Shown piece by piece: positions 11,848 through 24,800 of a stretch of DNA of 64,000 nucleotides. Both the position numbers and the translations under genes were made by a program. The stretch's first letter is position 1. The number at the start of each line of letters is the position of its first letter. The stretch comes from Azolla caroliniana (Eukaryota; Plantae; Polypodiophyta). The stretch covers positions 12,152,001 to 12,216,000 of the forward strand of contig JBHGNT010000001.1 of assembly GCA_043228905.1 (NCBI GenBank), in the 5' to 3' direction. The notes beneath the pieces are model-generated. The model was not told where the DNA came from and did not search any database. It worked only from the letters and a program-made list of their open reading frames with translations.

Positions 11848-14800
11848 AGATATTGGTACAATTATCCAAAGGTTATTTCTATTTGTACTCTTGTTTTTAG
11901 TTTTTGTTTGTTATAAATGTGAAGCTATAAATGTCAGGCCCGTTGAGTTCTCTTTAAATGTTGTTATCAATAGTAATTTCTGACAGTTTTTTTTTACAAA
12001 GATCATGTGGTTATATTTGTTTCTAACCATTTAAAGTATAAATGCCCGGGTCAGCTACTTGATTTTCTGCATTAAGTTTGGAACATTATTATTTATTTCA
12101 TGCACAAAATACATGTTTAGATCATCTGAAAATATTGTTTTTTTGTAGTTTTTTGAGGCCTCTGTTGCTGTTTTGCTGGCCCTATTATTTCATCATGTTC
12201 AGCATGTTTTGAAATTGCAATTACGTTCATCTGATTTAGTGTATAAAGTTGGGGCATTACTCTTATGCTTCAAAGACGTGTCGATCATCTGGAAGTTCTT
12301 TTCATTTTTTTGGTTTAGTGATTTTTTTCAGCATTTAAGCTCATTTAATTTTCTGATAAAGTTGGGAGTATAAATCTTGATCTTATGCTCTGAAGACATG
12401 CCTAGAGATCATTTGAAAAATGTTTTTTTCTATTTGTTTTTGTCATTATTCTGTTGGGTGATGTTTTTCAGCATGTAATTTATAAATGCAGTGAAGTTCA
12501 TTGATTTTCTTTTATTGATTTCTTACAGTAATGCTAGTTTTCTGAAAGTAGATTTTTTCCCCTACGAAATTTGATGATATTTCTGCTTTTTCAAGATAGC
12601 ATTCATCTACAAAATCAATTGGAAACAGATTTTTTCTTTGCTTTTCTGTTTTTTTCTTTCCTAACAGACGATGTTTCATCTACTTGATTGCTTATTATTT
12701 GGATTGCTTCTTGAAAATTAAGTTTGGGTGGTGGTCATATAGTATATATTAAGATCAATGGATTCTTTATTTATTCAGATATAATGTTATCTTAGAATTG
12801 GTATTGTGATGTGCTTTCATGGTTCTGAAGGGTTGGGAAATAATATTCTGCTCTCGAAATCCCCCTAAAGTTCCTAAAGGCGTTTGCAAGAATTGAGCCC
12901 TGGATTACTTCGCCACATGCATACTCTGATGTATTGTGTTCGGGATAGGTAGTCCTTACTGAGGCAGTAGGTATGTACCAAGTGAATTAATCTCACATCT
13001 CTCACTTCAGCTGAGAGACATCATTGAGGAGGGCAAAGACAGCCATTGGTCCGCTTTTTTTGGCTCCCCAAATCGTGTGTGTTATTTGAGCAATTGTATG
13101 GCATCACATTCCTTCTTTTACTATTACTAATTTGGTGTGGTAATTGCTCGACTTTGTGGGTTTGTTTTATTTTTTATTATCATCCATCATTTGGCTAATT
13201 CACCCACTTTTCTCTCTAGGGGCATTTGAGGTCAAAACGAAAATGTTAAGGGGCATTCTTGGGAAATAATGATAAGCCCAATGATATTTACAAAGAGAGC
13301 TCCATTTTTGCAGACCTGTGATGTCTATGGAAGGAAGCTTGTTTTATACTGCTTCATCAAATTTCTGTTGTATATAAATCTTTTTTGTAACAGGAAGATA
13401 AATTAACAATGTTGTCAATTGTTTTGAGGGGTAAAGATATCTGCCATAATGAGAAGAAACTTAAAGGTATTGAGGAAATCAATGAGTAACATATGTTGAG
13501 ACAATACATGTAGATGAGGGACACAAAGGTAGTCATAATTAAGATAATTTATGGGGATTGCCAATACCTTGTTGTTTGATATTGTGGAGGAAAATGATGA
13601 ATGAAGCAAAATAATTGAGAACCCGTGCACTTCTGGTACATATATACATATAAAATCACCTAGAAATTGACATACACAATTGCTTCTAAACCATCACACA
13701 CATAGATAAATATATTCCTTTCCATGTATACTAATTCACATAGAAATATCTACGCTCAAGTGCACACGAATGCAAGCACAAATTTACATTTCCCTCATAA
13801 AAATATAGGGCACATATTTTGTGCTCTCACACTTATCTACTTGGTTACAAACATATACATATGTATAACATAATACCCACACGTATATGCATACACATAC
13901 ACGGAAGTTCTACATGCGCACAAGAGTTTTGAAAAAGTTAAATTTTTACTCTTCAAATGAAAATTGAGTTTGGAAATCCACACCTTGGAGCACTCCAACA
14001 TCAATACCTCAAGGCAACCATCCTCTTTAATTCAAGTCCTTGGTGGTCCTGCTCACATTTCACACGCACGCGATGACATTTCTATGAGATATGGGATCTT
14101 TTCGGACCACTTCCCTATTTGTTGGGCGGTTTGCAATGATGCAATTGACATGTATAAATTCATGCTTGGAACGCCCCCGTTACACTTTAATTTTTGTTTT
14201 GCTTCAATCTTACTTTGATTCTCTCATGAAGCAAATTTTGATGAACTTATCTCAAATAAGTGAATAGTAAGGGAGTAAAAGCTATTACACTTTAACTCAT
14301 CTCTTTTGCTTCAACCTCACTTTGATTTTTTAATGGAGAACATCTTGGGGAAATTTTCTCAACAAGTGGATAATAAGGGAGTAAAGGCGTGGCATGCATC
14401 TTTTCGAAACATTAAGAACATTCATCATGTGTACAGGATTAATACCCAACAACAAAAGTGACTTCTTCAACAATTCTCGCAAGTTCTGTCTAGGTGTAAC
14501 TTGCATTATTAATAAATGCATAATAAGATGAGGAACATTTGGATATCTTAAGTCAATTGCAAGTCATTATTTTTTAGCTGCAATGTCAAAGTTATCGTTA
14601 TGCTAAGATTCAATTACTCAGGGATAGGTTCATTGATAATCAATGTAAATCTCATTATTTATTCCAAGCATCACATCCTACCTATGCTCAATCTAGTGTG
14701 GAACATGTGAAACAAAGGGATGAATATATAGTGGATCCTCCTACGATAATTGCAATATGTGCACATTACTTTAAGGGCTTGATTGGCCCATAATTGTTTA

Positions 14801-17800
14801 TGACAAATGAGATGATTAGAGAACGCCATAAATTTTACAATATGGATGGATAAATTGTGCATAAATAATCAATGTGGAATGAACTCATAAACAATCAATG
14901 TCAATCTCATTTGTTTATTACATCTTGCCTTTGCTCAATCTAACTTGGTACATCTAAAGCAAGGGAATGAATTTATAATGGATCCCGCTACAATAATTAC
15001 AATATGTTTTCATTACTTTAAGGAGTTGATTGGCCCATAATTTTTATGAAGAATGAGATGATTAGAGCATGCCATGAATTTTACGATATGGTTGGATATA
15101 TTGTGCACGACCTCCTTAGTCATGAATTGCATGTGGATTTCATCGAGGATGAGGTGGGCAAAGTTTTAAGGCATCTTCTTAGAATCCGTAACTGATGTTG
15201 TTCACCTTGATTAGAATCAAGGTGCACCTGAGTATTTATACAAGAAGGTAGGGATATACAAGGTGCACCTGATTAGAATAAAGGAGACGGGTTGTTGAGG
15301 CAAGCCATGATGTCAATAGTGAAAGGGTCCAATGTGGTTGCTTGGGTGATCTCGCTGAGCAAGGAATCATCATGCAACATATAGGTTGCGAACATGTGGA
15401 GTTGATTGAGCCACAATAAACAATGTGATTGCTGAGAATATGCGTTGTCACCTAGGCGTGGTGCAAAGTCGGGTCACCGAAAGAGAGCATCCGCTTTCCC
15501 ATGTTAAACAACGGGTCGAAACAAGATTTCGAAGTCGTATTTAGTGAGAAAAGATGACCAGTGAGCCTGCCTCCGATTCAACATACGAGTGGTGGTGAAG
15601 TAGATGAGATTCTTGTGGTTGGTCAGCACATGAATATGATGTTGGGCCCCAGCTAGATAGGGTCGCCATTCGGCGAAGGCCGAGATAATAGTTGCAAGCT
15701 CCTTGTCGTAGACTGGATAATTGATTTCCGTGGTTGTAAACTTTGGAGAGTAGAAAGCGACCGGATGGAGGGTGCCATCGTTGTCGGGCTAAGACAAGAC
15801 CACACCTATGGCAAAGTCAGAGGTGTCAGAAACCTGGAGAGGGCGGGTGGAGTTGGGGTGGACTAACACAGGGGCAGAGAGAAAAGCTAGTTTGAGGGCA
15901 TTAAAAGCATTGTGTGTTGCGGGGGTCCAAAGAAATGGAGTATCTTTCTGGGTGAGCTAGATGAGAGGTTGGACTATGGAAGAGAACCCGTCAATAAATC
16001 GTCTATAAAAATTTGCAAAACCAAGAAATGATTGTACCTCTTTCAACCGAGTCGGGAGAGGCCAATCAGTGATTGCCGCTACCTTGCGTTCATCCATTGT
16101 GATCCCGATAGGTGAGATCATGTAACCCATGAATTCGACAGAGGTCCCAACGAATTCAAATTTCTCACTTTTGGTGAAGAGCCCATATTCCCAGAGTTTG
16201 GTAAGAACCAACCGGACGTGGTGTGTGTGCTCCTCCTAGTTGGAAGAAAAAACTAGAATGTCATCAAGGTAGATGACCACGAAATGATTGAGATACTCTC
16301 GAAAAATATCGTTCATCATGTGCTAGAAGACGGTCGGAGTGTTGGTAAGGCCGAATGGCATCACTTTATACTCGAAATTTCCATAACGTGTCTGAAAAGT
16401 CGTTTTCCACTCGTCCCCAGGCTTGATGCGCACCAAATTGAAGACACCCTGAAGGTCGATTTTGGCGAAGATATGCCCAGTTCGGAGTCAATCAAGGAGC
16501 GCTGGAATTAAGGGCAAGGCAGCATAACTTTGTTGACAACCTGATAATCCACACATAAGCGTAAGGAGCCGTCCATCTTTTCGACAGATAAGATTGGTGC
16601 CCAGACCGGTGATTTGGAGGGTTGAATGAAGCCCTTGGCAAGATTCTCAACCAGATATGTGTAGAGAGCCTCATGTTCAGGTTCAGATAACCCATAAATA
16701 GGACGGAATGGGGGACGCTTGCCAGATTGGAGTTCGATTAGGCAATCGTCGGGGCGATGAGATGGTAATCGATCGGCATTCCGCTTTTCGAAGATGTCAG
16801 AAAAGTCGTTATATCGGACGGGTAAATTGTTGACAGGAACAGTGACATCCCCGACACAACGGCCAGTGTAGCAACCAAACCAGACTCGATCGCAACGGAA
16901 TCAAGAGAGTGTCGTGACCTAGCAAGAATTGGCCTTATTGGAAAAGTGATGGAGCGGTTATACCAATTCACCGTCAGATTGTGTGTCTACAACCAAGATA
17001 GCCCCAACACAATCAAATGTCAGGGGGTTGCGATGAGGTAGAATGTGAGTTCCTCCTGATGCGCCCCGACTTGAAGTACCAACGGGATAGTGGCTTTGGT
17101 AACCGCCACCAAAGAGAGAACCCGATCGTCGATCGCTTCAATGGATATGGGTTGTGATGTGCGAACGGTGGGGATATTATATGGGCGGACAAACAATTTA
17201 TCGATAAAGCAAGTAGATGCTCCGAAGTGGAGCAAGGCATGAGAATGTATTGAAGTCAAACCAAAACAAAGACTTACTTGCAAAGAGAACCCTCTTAATG
17301 GCGGAACGGACTTGTAGGAGCATGGAGAAGGTGAGTAACGGGAAGCATCTAGTGGCATGGCTCCTACTACAGCCGGACTTGGTCGTTTTCCTGTTGTCGA
17401 GGAACCTCCGCAAGACGTGCACAATGGAATTGGTGCCGCGGGCCCCGCACTGAGCAGTGGCGGATGACATGGCCGGGGTTGCCACAATAGAGACTAAGTC
17501 CATCATCCCAACGATGCTGCGTTGGGCCTCAGTTAGTGGTTGGAACCGAGGGTGGCCAATCTCCATCGGGGTATGGAAATCGACCTCTGTCATGGTATGG
17601 GTATCACTGGGCGAGGGTAAGGTTAACGTGGGAGACAAGTAGGGCCTGGCAAGAAGCCTGAGACCCACGAGTCTCCCGTTCTTCTTAATGAAGTTCGAAT
17701 AGACGATTGTCACACTGGACAACTTGGGAGATTACTTGAGACAACGATGTGTGCTCCGGGAAGTTTAAGAGAAGAGTCTTGACATCGTTTTGGAGACCGC

Positions 17801-18399
17801 GATGGAAATGGTCGCATAGGGCTTGGTCATCCCAACTGACATCGTAGACAATCTGATGGAACTTTGAGGCGTAAACCGAGGTTGTACGTGAGCATTGTTG
17901 GAAAGAATAAAGCTTTGTGAGTGTCGTTCGTCGCCGGTCTATCTCACCAAATGTCACTCGAGCTCCTCAATGAAAGCAGTAGAGTTTTCTAAGAGAGGGG
18001 ATGAGGTCTCGATCAAGGGTGCAAACCACGCTTGCGCCGGCCTGGAGAGAAGCGTGTCGACAAGCCCAACCCGAGAAAAGTCACTAACATACCGTTGGGG
18101 TTGTAACCGGATGATAAGCCGAATTTGGTTGATGAAGCCGTGAAGATACGCCCTTGTGCCGTTGAAATTGTTCAGTAGGCTGATGGTTGGTTCGAGGACA
18201 TATGGATAGGAAGAGGACGTGGTCGGGCTAGGTGCCGATAGTGGTTGTGACTTGGCGGGTGGTGGATTTCTTGAAGTGCCGGATTGCAACTCTCGTAATG
18301 ATTCCTGAAGGATTTCATTCTCTAGCTAAAGTTGTTGCAAGGCTGCCATGACTTGGTTTAGGTTGTCGACGAAGCCGGACATGGTAGCAAGAAGAGGGG

Positions 18400-18410
18400 A
18401 AGGTGAACAA
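18400..18410 (-). promoter_or_regulatory. Self-priming primer-binding site (11 nt)
   Basis: Minus-strand TTGTTCACCTT, 2 nt after the 5' LTR, is the exact complement of AAGGTGAACAA (18503-18493), which starts 32 nt downstream of the first base of TATAAATA (18535). No TGG tRNA PBS is present. Confidence 0.85.
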
Positions 18411-18671
18411 ATTGTCATGGACAAGTATAATAGAGCAAAGCAAAGACAAGACTAGAAAACAAGAACTCAACTTATAGAATCCGTAATTAGTGTTGTTCAC
18501 CTTGATTAGAATCAAGGTGCACGTGAGTATTTATACAAGAAGGTAGGGCTATGTAAGCTAGCTAGAAATAGAGTATGCATGAGGATGCATGAGAATGTGT
18601 GGAAGCTAGAAATGAGGATGCATGCAAGCTAGGAACTTCCAATATTCAATCTACACTATATGAAGAAGGAT

Positions 18672-18745
18672 GCATATGTAGCTCAATTACTAGGGTTGCC
18701 CAATAGAGACCATGAGGTCTTGGGTTTGATCCCTACCTTTCTCCG
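18672..18745 (+). other. tRNA-like (A-box/B-box) sequence inside the LTR U3
   Basis: GTAGCTCAATT (A-box-like) ... GAGGTCTTGGGTTTGATCCC (variable loop and T-arm/B-box-like) at tRNA spacing; not a complete cloverleaf. Confidence 0.7.
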
Positions 18746-19844
18746 TGGCATATGTCTATGACAATAAGATGGGATGACTTGATAATTGATATGTGTAACG
18801 GGACCCCAACTTTTATGTTTCAACATTATTGGGGTTATGGTTGTATGCCTCAAGCACAGAAGGTTTGCCTCATGTAATTAGGTCCAAAAATGACATCACC
18901 CAAGTCATTTCACCAATGACGATCTATTTTTTATAGGGAATTATATAAGGTATTTACAAAGGACTCGACAAATAGATTACAATAGTATTTGCAAAAGTTG
19001 ATACACCTTGCCCAATACAGTTTCATTAAAGGTAGGAATATATTTAACGTTCAAATGGACATGGATTATGCACAACACACTCATCAAGAATTGATTATGG
19101 TACAATTAGATCATGGGTTTATCTAACAATAAGTAGAAAATATAACATTGATGCAAGGTCGTTTACCTCTATAATTACCAAAGAACAAGAGTGGGTTGAT
19201 AGTCGTTTACACCATCAACATCATTTTGACAAGTGACTACTAATTTGTTGTATCATTGTTCCATTAAGTTTCTTCAATGGCTATCATCTAAGGTTGAGCA
19301 AGAATGGAAAGTGTATAACTTCGATTATGGGTGGTGACAAATTTTGAAACGTAGTTGATGTTCGAGATTACCACTTATAGCAAAGGTCTTCATTTGGAGA
19401 GTTTTGATTGGGGATTTGCCTTTGGGGTTTAGCTCTAAACTGACATGAACTAACAACATGAAATTTCTTTTTTATGCATTGTTCAAGTAGAAGATATAAC
19501 TCATTGTTTCGTACAATATTTGATTGTTTATCAAATTTGGAGTTACATTTCTCAAAGTTGGCAAGTTTTGTCACAATATTATTTGATGCCCATACGATGG
19601 GTGTTTGCAAAATTTACAAATGTTTACCCAAAATCAAAGATGAAGATCATTTTCCTATTTTTGAGATATTGGGATGACATCATAATTGGGATATGTGCAA
19701 TACTTTTGTGTTTGACAATTCAATATGTTTCACTACATACCTATATAGTGATGACCATACTCCATTATAATACCAATGTAGTGTTTTCCACACAAATTTA
19801 TTAATATAATTGTGTGTTTTCACACACACACACACAGATTATAT

Positions 19845-19990
19845 TATCGTCTTCGGAGGTCAAATATGACCTATGAGACCAAAAATATTACATTTCACGT
19901 GATACGTGTGAAAGTGAGTAGCGACTCTTGATATTCAAGAACTTTACCAATGAATGTTGCAATCAAGAGTGTACATTGTGGTTGTAAAGA
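19845..19990 (+). repeat. Dispersed ~150-bp repeat, also present inverted as two tandem copies at 49463-49860
   Basis: gaggtcaaatatga...atattacatttcac...gtgaaagtgagtag.gactcttgatatt is the reverse complement of 49530-49640 and 49730-49840. Confidence 0.8.
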
Positions 19991-19994
19991 ACAT

Positions 19995-20027
<33 letters not shown>

Positions 20028-21829
20028 CGCTCTCAATTTAATCGTTTGTTTCGTTTGGGGGTCAAAGAGGTGGGAGATATAGTTGAGGCTCCATCTCAAA
20101 GAATTTTGGAGTTTGTTGAACCGCGCCAATTATTACGCATCCTGCCTAATTATGAGTTTATTTGGCAACAACTACAAAATATTGCATTGATGCAAGGTCC
20201 CTTACCTCTATAAAACAGGAGAACAACCGTGGATTGATTGGTGTTTACAAGGTCAAACATCGTTGTTACAAGTAACTACTAATCTTTTGTATCATTGCTA
20301 TATTGAGTCTCTTGGATAAGCCTGACGAAGAATGGAAAATACACAAATCTGATAATGGGTGGTGGCAGATCTTTTTTATTGGAGGCTTGCCTTTGGGATT
20401 AGCTCAAAAGTGTCGTGCACTAGCAATGGGTAATTGCTTTCTTTGCACTATTCAAATGGAATATAGTACTCATCAATTTATACAATGTCTGATTGCTTGT
20501 CAGATTTTGAGTTACATTTCTCAAATCTGGCAAGTTTGATCATGGTGTTATTTGACACCTAGACAATGGGCGTTTGCACAATTTACAGAAGTTGACCCAA
20601 AATCAGAGATGGAGATCATTTTTCTATTTCTGAGATATTGGGAATTGCGTCATAAATGGAACATGCGCAATGCTTTTGTATTCGATGGTAGACATGGAGT
20701 GAAAGCATATCTACGAAAGTTGAAGGGAGTACTAATGTGGCAAAATTCTTTATTGGAGCAAGAGGAAATTCTTTCTCAGTGGAGTGTTTGTCTTGCCTAT
20801 TGGCAATTCAACATGTTCCACTACCCATGTAGTGTAGCCATTGGGTAACCATACTCCACTGTCACACCCATTGTAAGTAGTGTTTTTTACACACATTTAT
20901 AAATGTAATTGTTTGTTTTCACCAAAGAGAGAGAGAGAGAGAGAGAATAAAAAACAAAAGGGAGCATTGGTGAAAAAATATGCACAAGAACCCATGAAAA
21001 TTAGTGTTAACAACCCAACAACATGAAATAAAAAAGATAGGAGAGACTACAACTTCACAATGTTCTAAAAATGTGAAGCGGAATGGGGGAAAACCACACC
21101 ATAAGTGTCATATAAACACTTGTGCTACTAGTATATGACACTTATGGTGTGACGTTATCTTCATCTTTATCTACTTCATATATGCCAATAACCTTGCCTT
21201 GAAATTTGTTTGTGTACGTTCCAAGTGTATGCTTGCAGTTGAAAATCTTGTTTCTGAGCCGGCTACCTTCTTGTTTGTGTACTTTCTGAATGTTAATGCT
21301 TGCACTTGATAAATCTACGTCTCCTTTCTTCATGTAGAGGACATTGTTCTCAATCTCCATCACCACTCGACTGATGAAAAGGGAAAAAAGTCTTCCTAAT
21401 AGGCAATCATAGGACACTTGGTTGACCGATCTAGTAACAAGAAAACGTGAGACAATACTTAATGTCATTTATTGTGAAAGAGTGATTGATTATCATGCCC
21501 TCATGGTGCGGGATTGAGCCAAGTGAAATCGCATATTTTGACCATATATTGACCCAAACATATAATAGATAAATTCCATAAGATTGATCCAAATTTCCCA
21601 AGCTAAGTAAAAAGATAAATTCAAGTCAAGATAGCATATGGCAGCTGGATCTTGACCAAGAATAAAAAGAAATATACAATTTGAAAGAAGGCAAGGCCAT
21701 AAATTGACCTGAATTTGACCAAGAATTTATAGAATATGAAGAAAAATTGAGGTCAAGATGGGAGAAGAAACACAAGCCCAGTTTTGCAAATAAGGCTATT
21801 TTGGGAACAGAGAGCAATGTTCTGTGGCT

Positions 21830-24800
21830 ATGGAAACTCTGTCCTCTTGGACAAGATGCTCTACTATCAACTCTTTCCTTTTGACACCTTCTTGTTGGGA
21901 GAATAACCCTAAACTCTTGACATCTCATCTTCCATTTTCGCAGAAAACGCCCTTCCATCTGCAAGAAACAAGAAGAGCACAAGAAGAGTCATGGCCTCTT
22001 CACAGTCAGGGACAGAAGATGAAGATGAAACTGAAACTGAAGATGCAGATGAAAATGAAAATGAAGAAGAGGAGGAAAGTGAAGCTGAAGAAGGAGGATA
22101 AGATTGATATGGAGATGAGTCAACATGGAGAAAACAATGGTAAGCATGAAAGCTTAGTTGGGGGGATGGTGTCATCATCTTCAGAAAGAGGCTTTCACCC
22201 TAAGATTATCATGCACATGATGCATAATTCAAATCCAGCAAAAGTTGTGGAGAAAGAGCAGAAGGAAAATATTGATGTGCAAATAAACCAGCAAGTATGT
22301 GAAATCAATGCTAACCACGTAAAGGGCTTTCAGTCTGCGGTTATACACACAATGCATACTTCTAAGAAAGTCATGGTGAACAAGGAAAAAGGAAAGAGGA
22401 AGAGAAAGGATCATAATGAAATATTAAATAATGACTCGAAGGATGAACTCTTAGAGGAGATTCTATCATCATTGGAAAGAGGTTTGTGCCCCGAGCCATC
22501 GCTGAATAGCTTTATACACATGATGCATAGGTGTCGGAAGGAGAAAGATATTGTAAATGCCAACCGTTTGTACAGATATATGCAGTCGAAAGGAGTCGAA
22601 ACTCATGGCTCTCTCTGTAACTATCTAGTTCCGATGTTAGTTGAAGCTGGACAAATTGATGAAGCTCATCGGGTCTTCAACAGTATGGAATCTAAGAATG
22701 AGTTCTCTTGGACATGCCTCATCTCAGCTTATGTTAGAGGAGGGAAGCCAACTCAAGCGTTGAACCTTTACCACAACATGCTACAAGATGACTCTGTTCT
22801 TCCCAATGGGTATACGATTGTGGCAGCATTGAAAGCATGTTCGAATCTCAAAGATTTGAAGTGTGGAGCCTCAATACATGCGCGCCTTGTTGGGACAAGT
22901 TGCTTAGAGAAGGACCTTTTTGTTGGGAATACACTGATAGATATGTATGCTAAATGTGGATCTCTCTCAAGAGCATGTGAAGTGTTCGATAACCTTCTTG
23001 TTCGAGATGTCGTCTCATGGAATGCTCTCATTACAGGTTATATTGAACAAGGGCAAGCAAGTCATGCACTCAAATGCTTCGAAAGAATGCAAATGGAGGA
23101 AGGAGTTTATCCAAATTCTGTCACGATTATTTGTTGCTCAAAAGCCTGTGGTAACACTGGCAATATTGTGAAGGGTCGAGAACTACATATGCTTACTGTG
23201 AAGAAAGGATTAGATACCGATCTCACAGTAAATCGCACTTTTGTCGATATGTATGCCAAATGCGGTTCACTCACTGAATCAAGACAAGTGTTAAGTAAAC
23301 TCCCTATTCAAAATGTAGTGTCATGGACAGCTCTAATAGGAGGGTACGCCAAGTATGGAAACAACGAGGAAGCATTGAAATGTTATCAATCAATGCGAAA
23401 TCAAGGGATTTTCCCTGATGCAATTACACTCGTTCATTGCTTAAGGGCATGTGGCAACAGTGGTGCAACTGAAAAGGTGCTTGAAATTCATGCAGAAATT
23501 GCACGGAAAGGATTGTTAGATACTAATGTTGTTATTAGTAATGCTCTATTAGACACGTATGTGAAATGTGGTTCCCTTACAAAAGCACAAGAAGTGTTTG
23601 ATAAGATTCCTATTAGAGATGTGATCTCGTGGACTTCTCTAATAGCGGGTTACGCTGGAATTGGGGATGGACAATATGCAATTCATCTATTTGAGAAAAT
23701 GAAAATTGAGGGTATCTCTCCAAATGCGATCACTTATGTTTGCTTGCTAAGTGCTTGTGGCAGCATTGGTGATATAATAAAGGGTCAAGAAATATGTCAT
23801 GAGATTGATAGACAAGGATTGTTAGAAAGGGACCACCTTGTTGGCAATGCTATAGTTGATATGTATGCTAAATGTGGTTTGCTCAAGGCAGCACAAGAAG
23901 TGTTTAATAAGCTTCCATACAGAGATTTAGTCTCTTGGACGTCCCTAATGGCCGGATATTTAGAGTATGGATACAGTGAGAAAGTATTTGAGTGCAATAA
24001 GCAGATGCATCTAGAGAGAATCTCTTCTGATGCCGTCACAACTCTTTATATTCTCAAGGCTTGTGTGAACATACAGGATTCTAACAAAGGAAGAGAAATG
24101 CATTCAGAAATCACTTGTAAAGGATTGTTGGAGTGTGATGTTGCTATTGGTGTTGCCTTAATTGATATGTATGGCAAATGTGGCTTAATTCCAGAAGCAG
24201 AAGATGTTTTTGATAAACTTCTAGTGCGAGACACAGTTGCATGGAATGCATTGCTTGCAAGTTATGTTGAACATCAACGTTGTGAAGATGTATTCAAATG
24301 TTTGGAATCAATGCAAATAGATGGAGTTGTTCAGGATTCAGTCACATTTGTTTGTATTTTGAAAGCATGTGGCACCTCAGGAGCAGCACACATAGGCCAA
24401 GAAATACATCGACAGGTAGAAAAAGGAAAGTTGCTTGAAAGAGACAGTGTTATTTGCAATGCATTGCTTGATATGTATATTAAATGTGGTTTACTAGGGA
24501 AAGCTCGAGAAGTGTTCGAGAACCTTTCCTTCCGAAATGTTGTAACATATACCGCACTTATTACAGGATATTCTCAACTTGGGGAAAGTGGAATTGTCTT
24601 CGATTTCTTCGATCGGATGATCATTGAAGGTATAAAGCCGAATTCAGTGACTTTTATCAGTATTCTTAGTGTGTGTTGCCATGAAGGTCTAGTAGAAAAG
24701 GGAGAGGTCTTATTCCATGCCATGTGTGAAATGCATAGAATCAGCCCATCACCACAACATCTCACTTGTATGGTTGATCTTCTTGGTCGTGCTGGGCAAC

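Larger units (their letters stand above)
15180..18763 (-). mobile_element. Ty3/gypsy LTR retrotransposon of Tf1/Tcn1-like type, integrase deleted
   Basis: 5' LTR 18413-18763 (TGTCAT...ATGACA). Gag ATG at 18382 (MSGFVDNLNQVMAALQQL), CCHC knuckle LYCGNPGHVIRHC, protease ALLHFGASTCF, RT YLDDILVF (~16260), RNase H (DTSDFAIGVVL; YDKELATII; NHKNL). Only an ~80-bp remnant of the 3' LTR remains (15180-15258). Confidence 0.88.
13950..20930 (+). mobile_element. Degenerate L1-clade LINE relics, internally duplicated and interrupted by a gypsy element
   Basis: APE-type SDHFPI motif (~14100); duplicated linker segment (14640-14860 / 14895-15110); RT-like remnant after 18764; two copies of the ORF2 C-terminal region (~19080-19830 / ~20140-20930) with a W..RN..VF-type motif (YWELRHKWNMRNAFVFDG). 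Confidence 0.65.
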
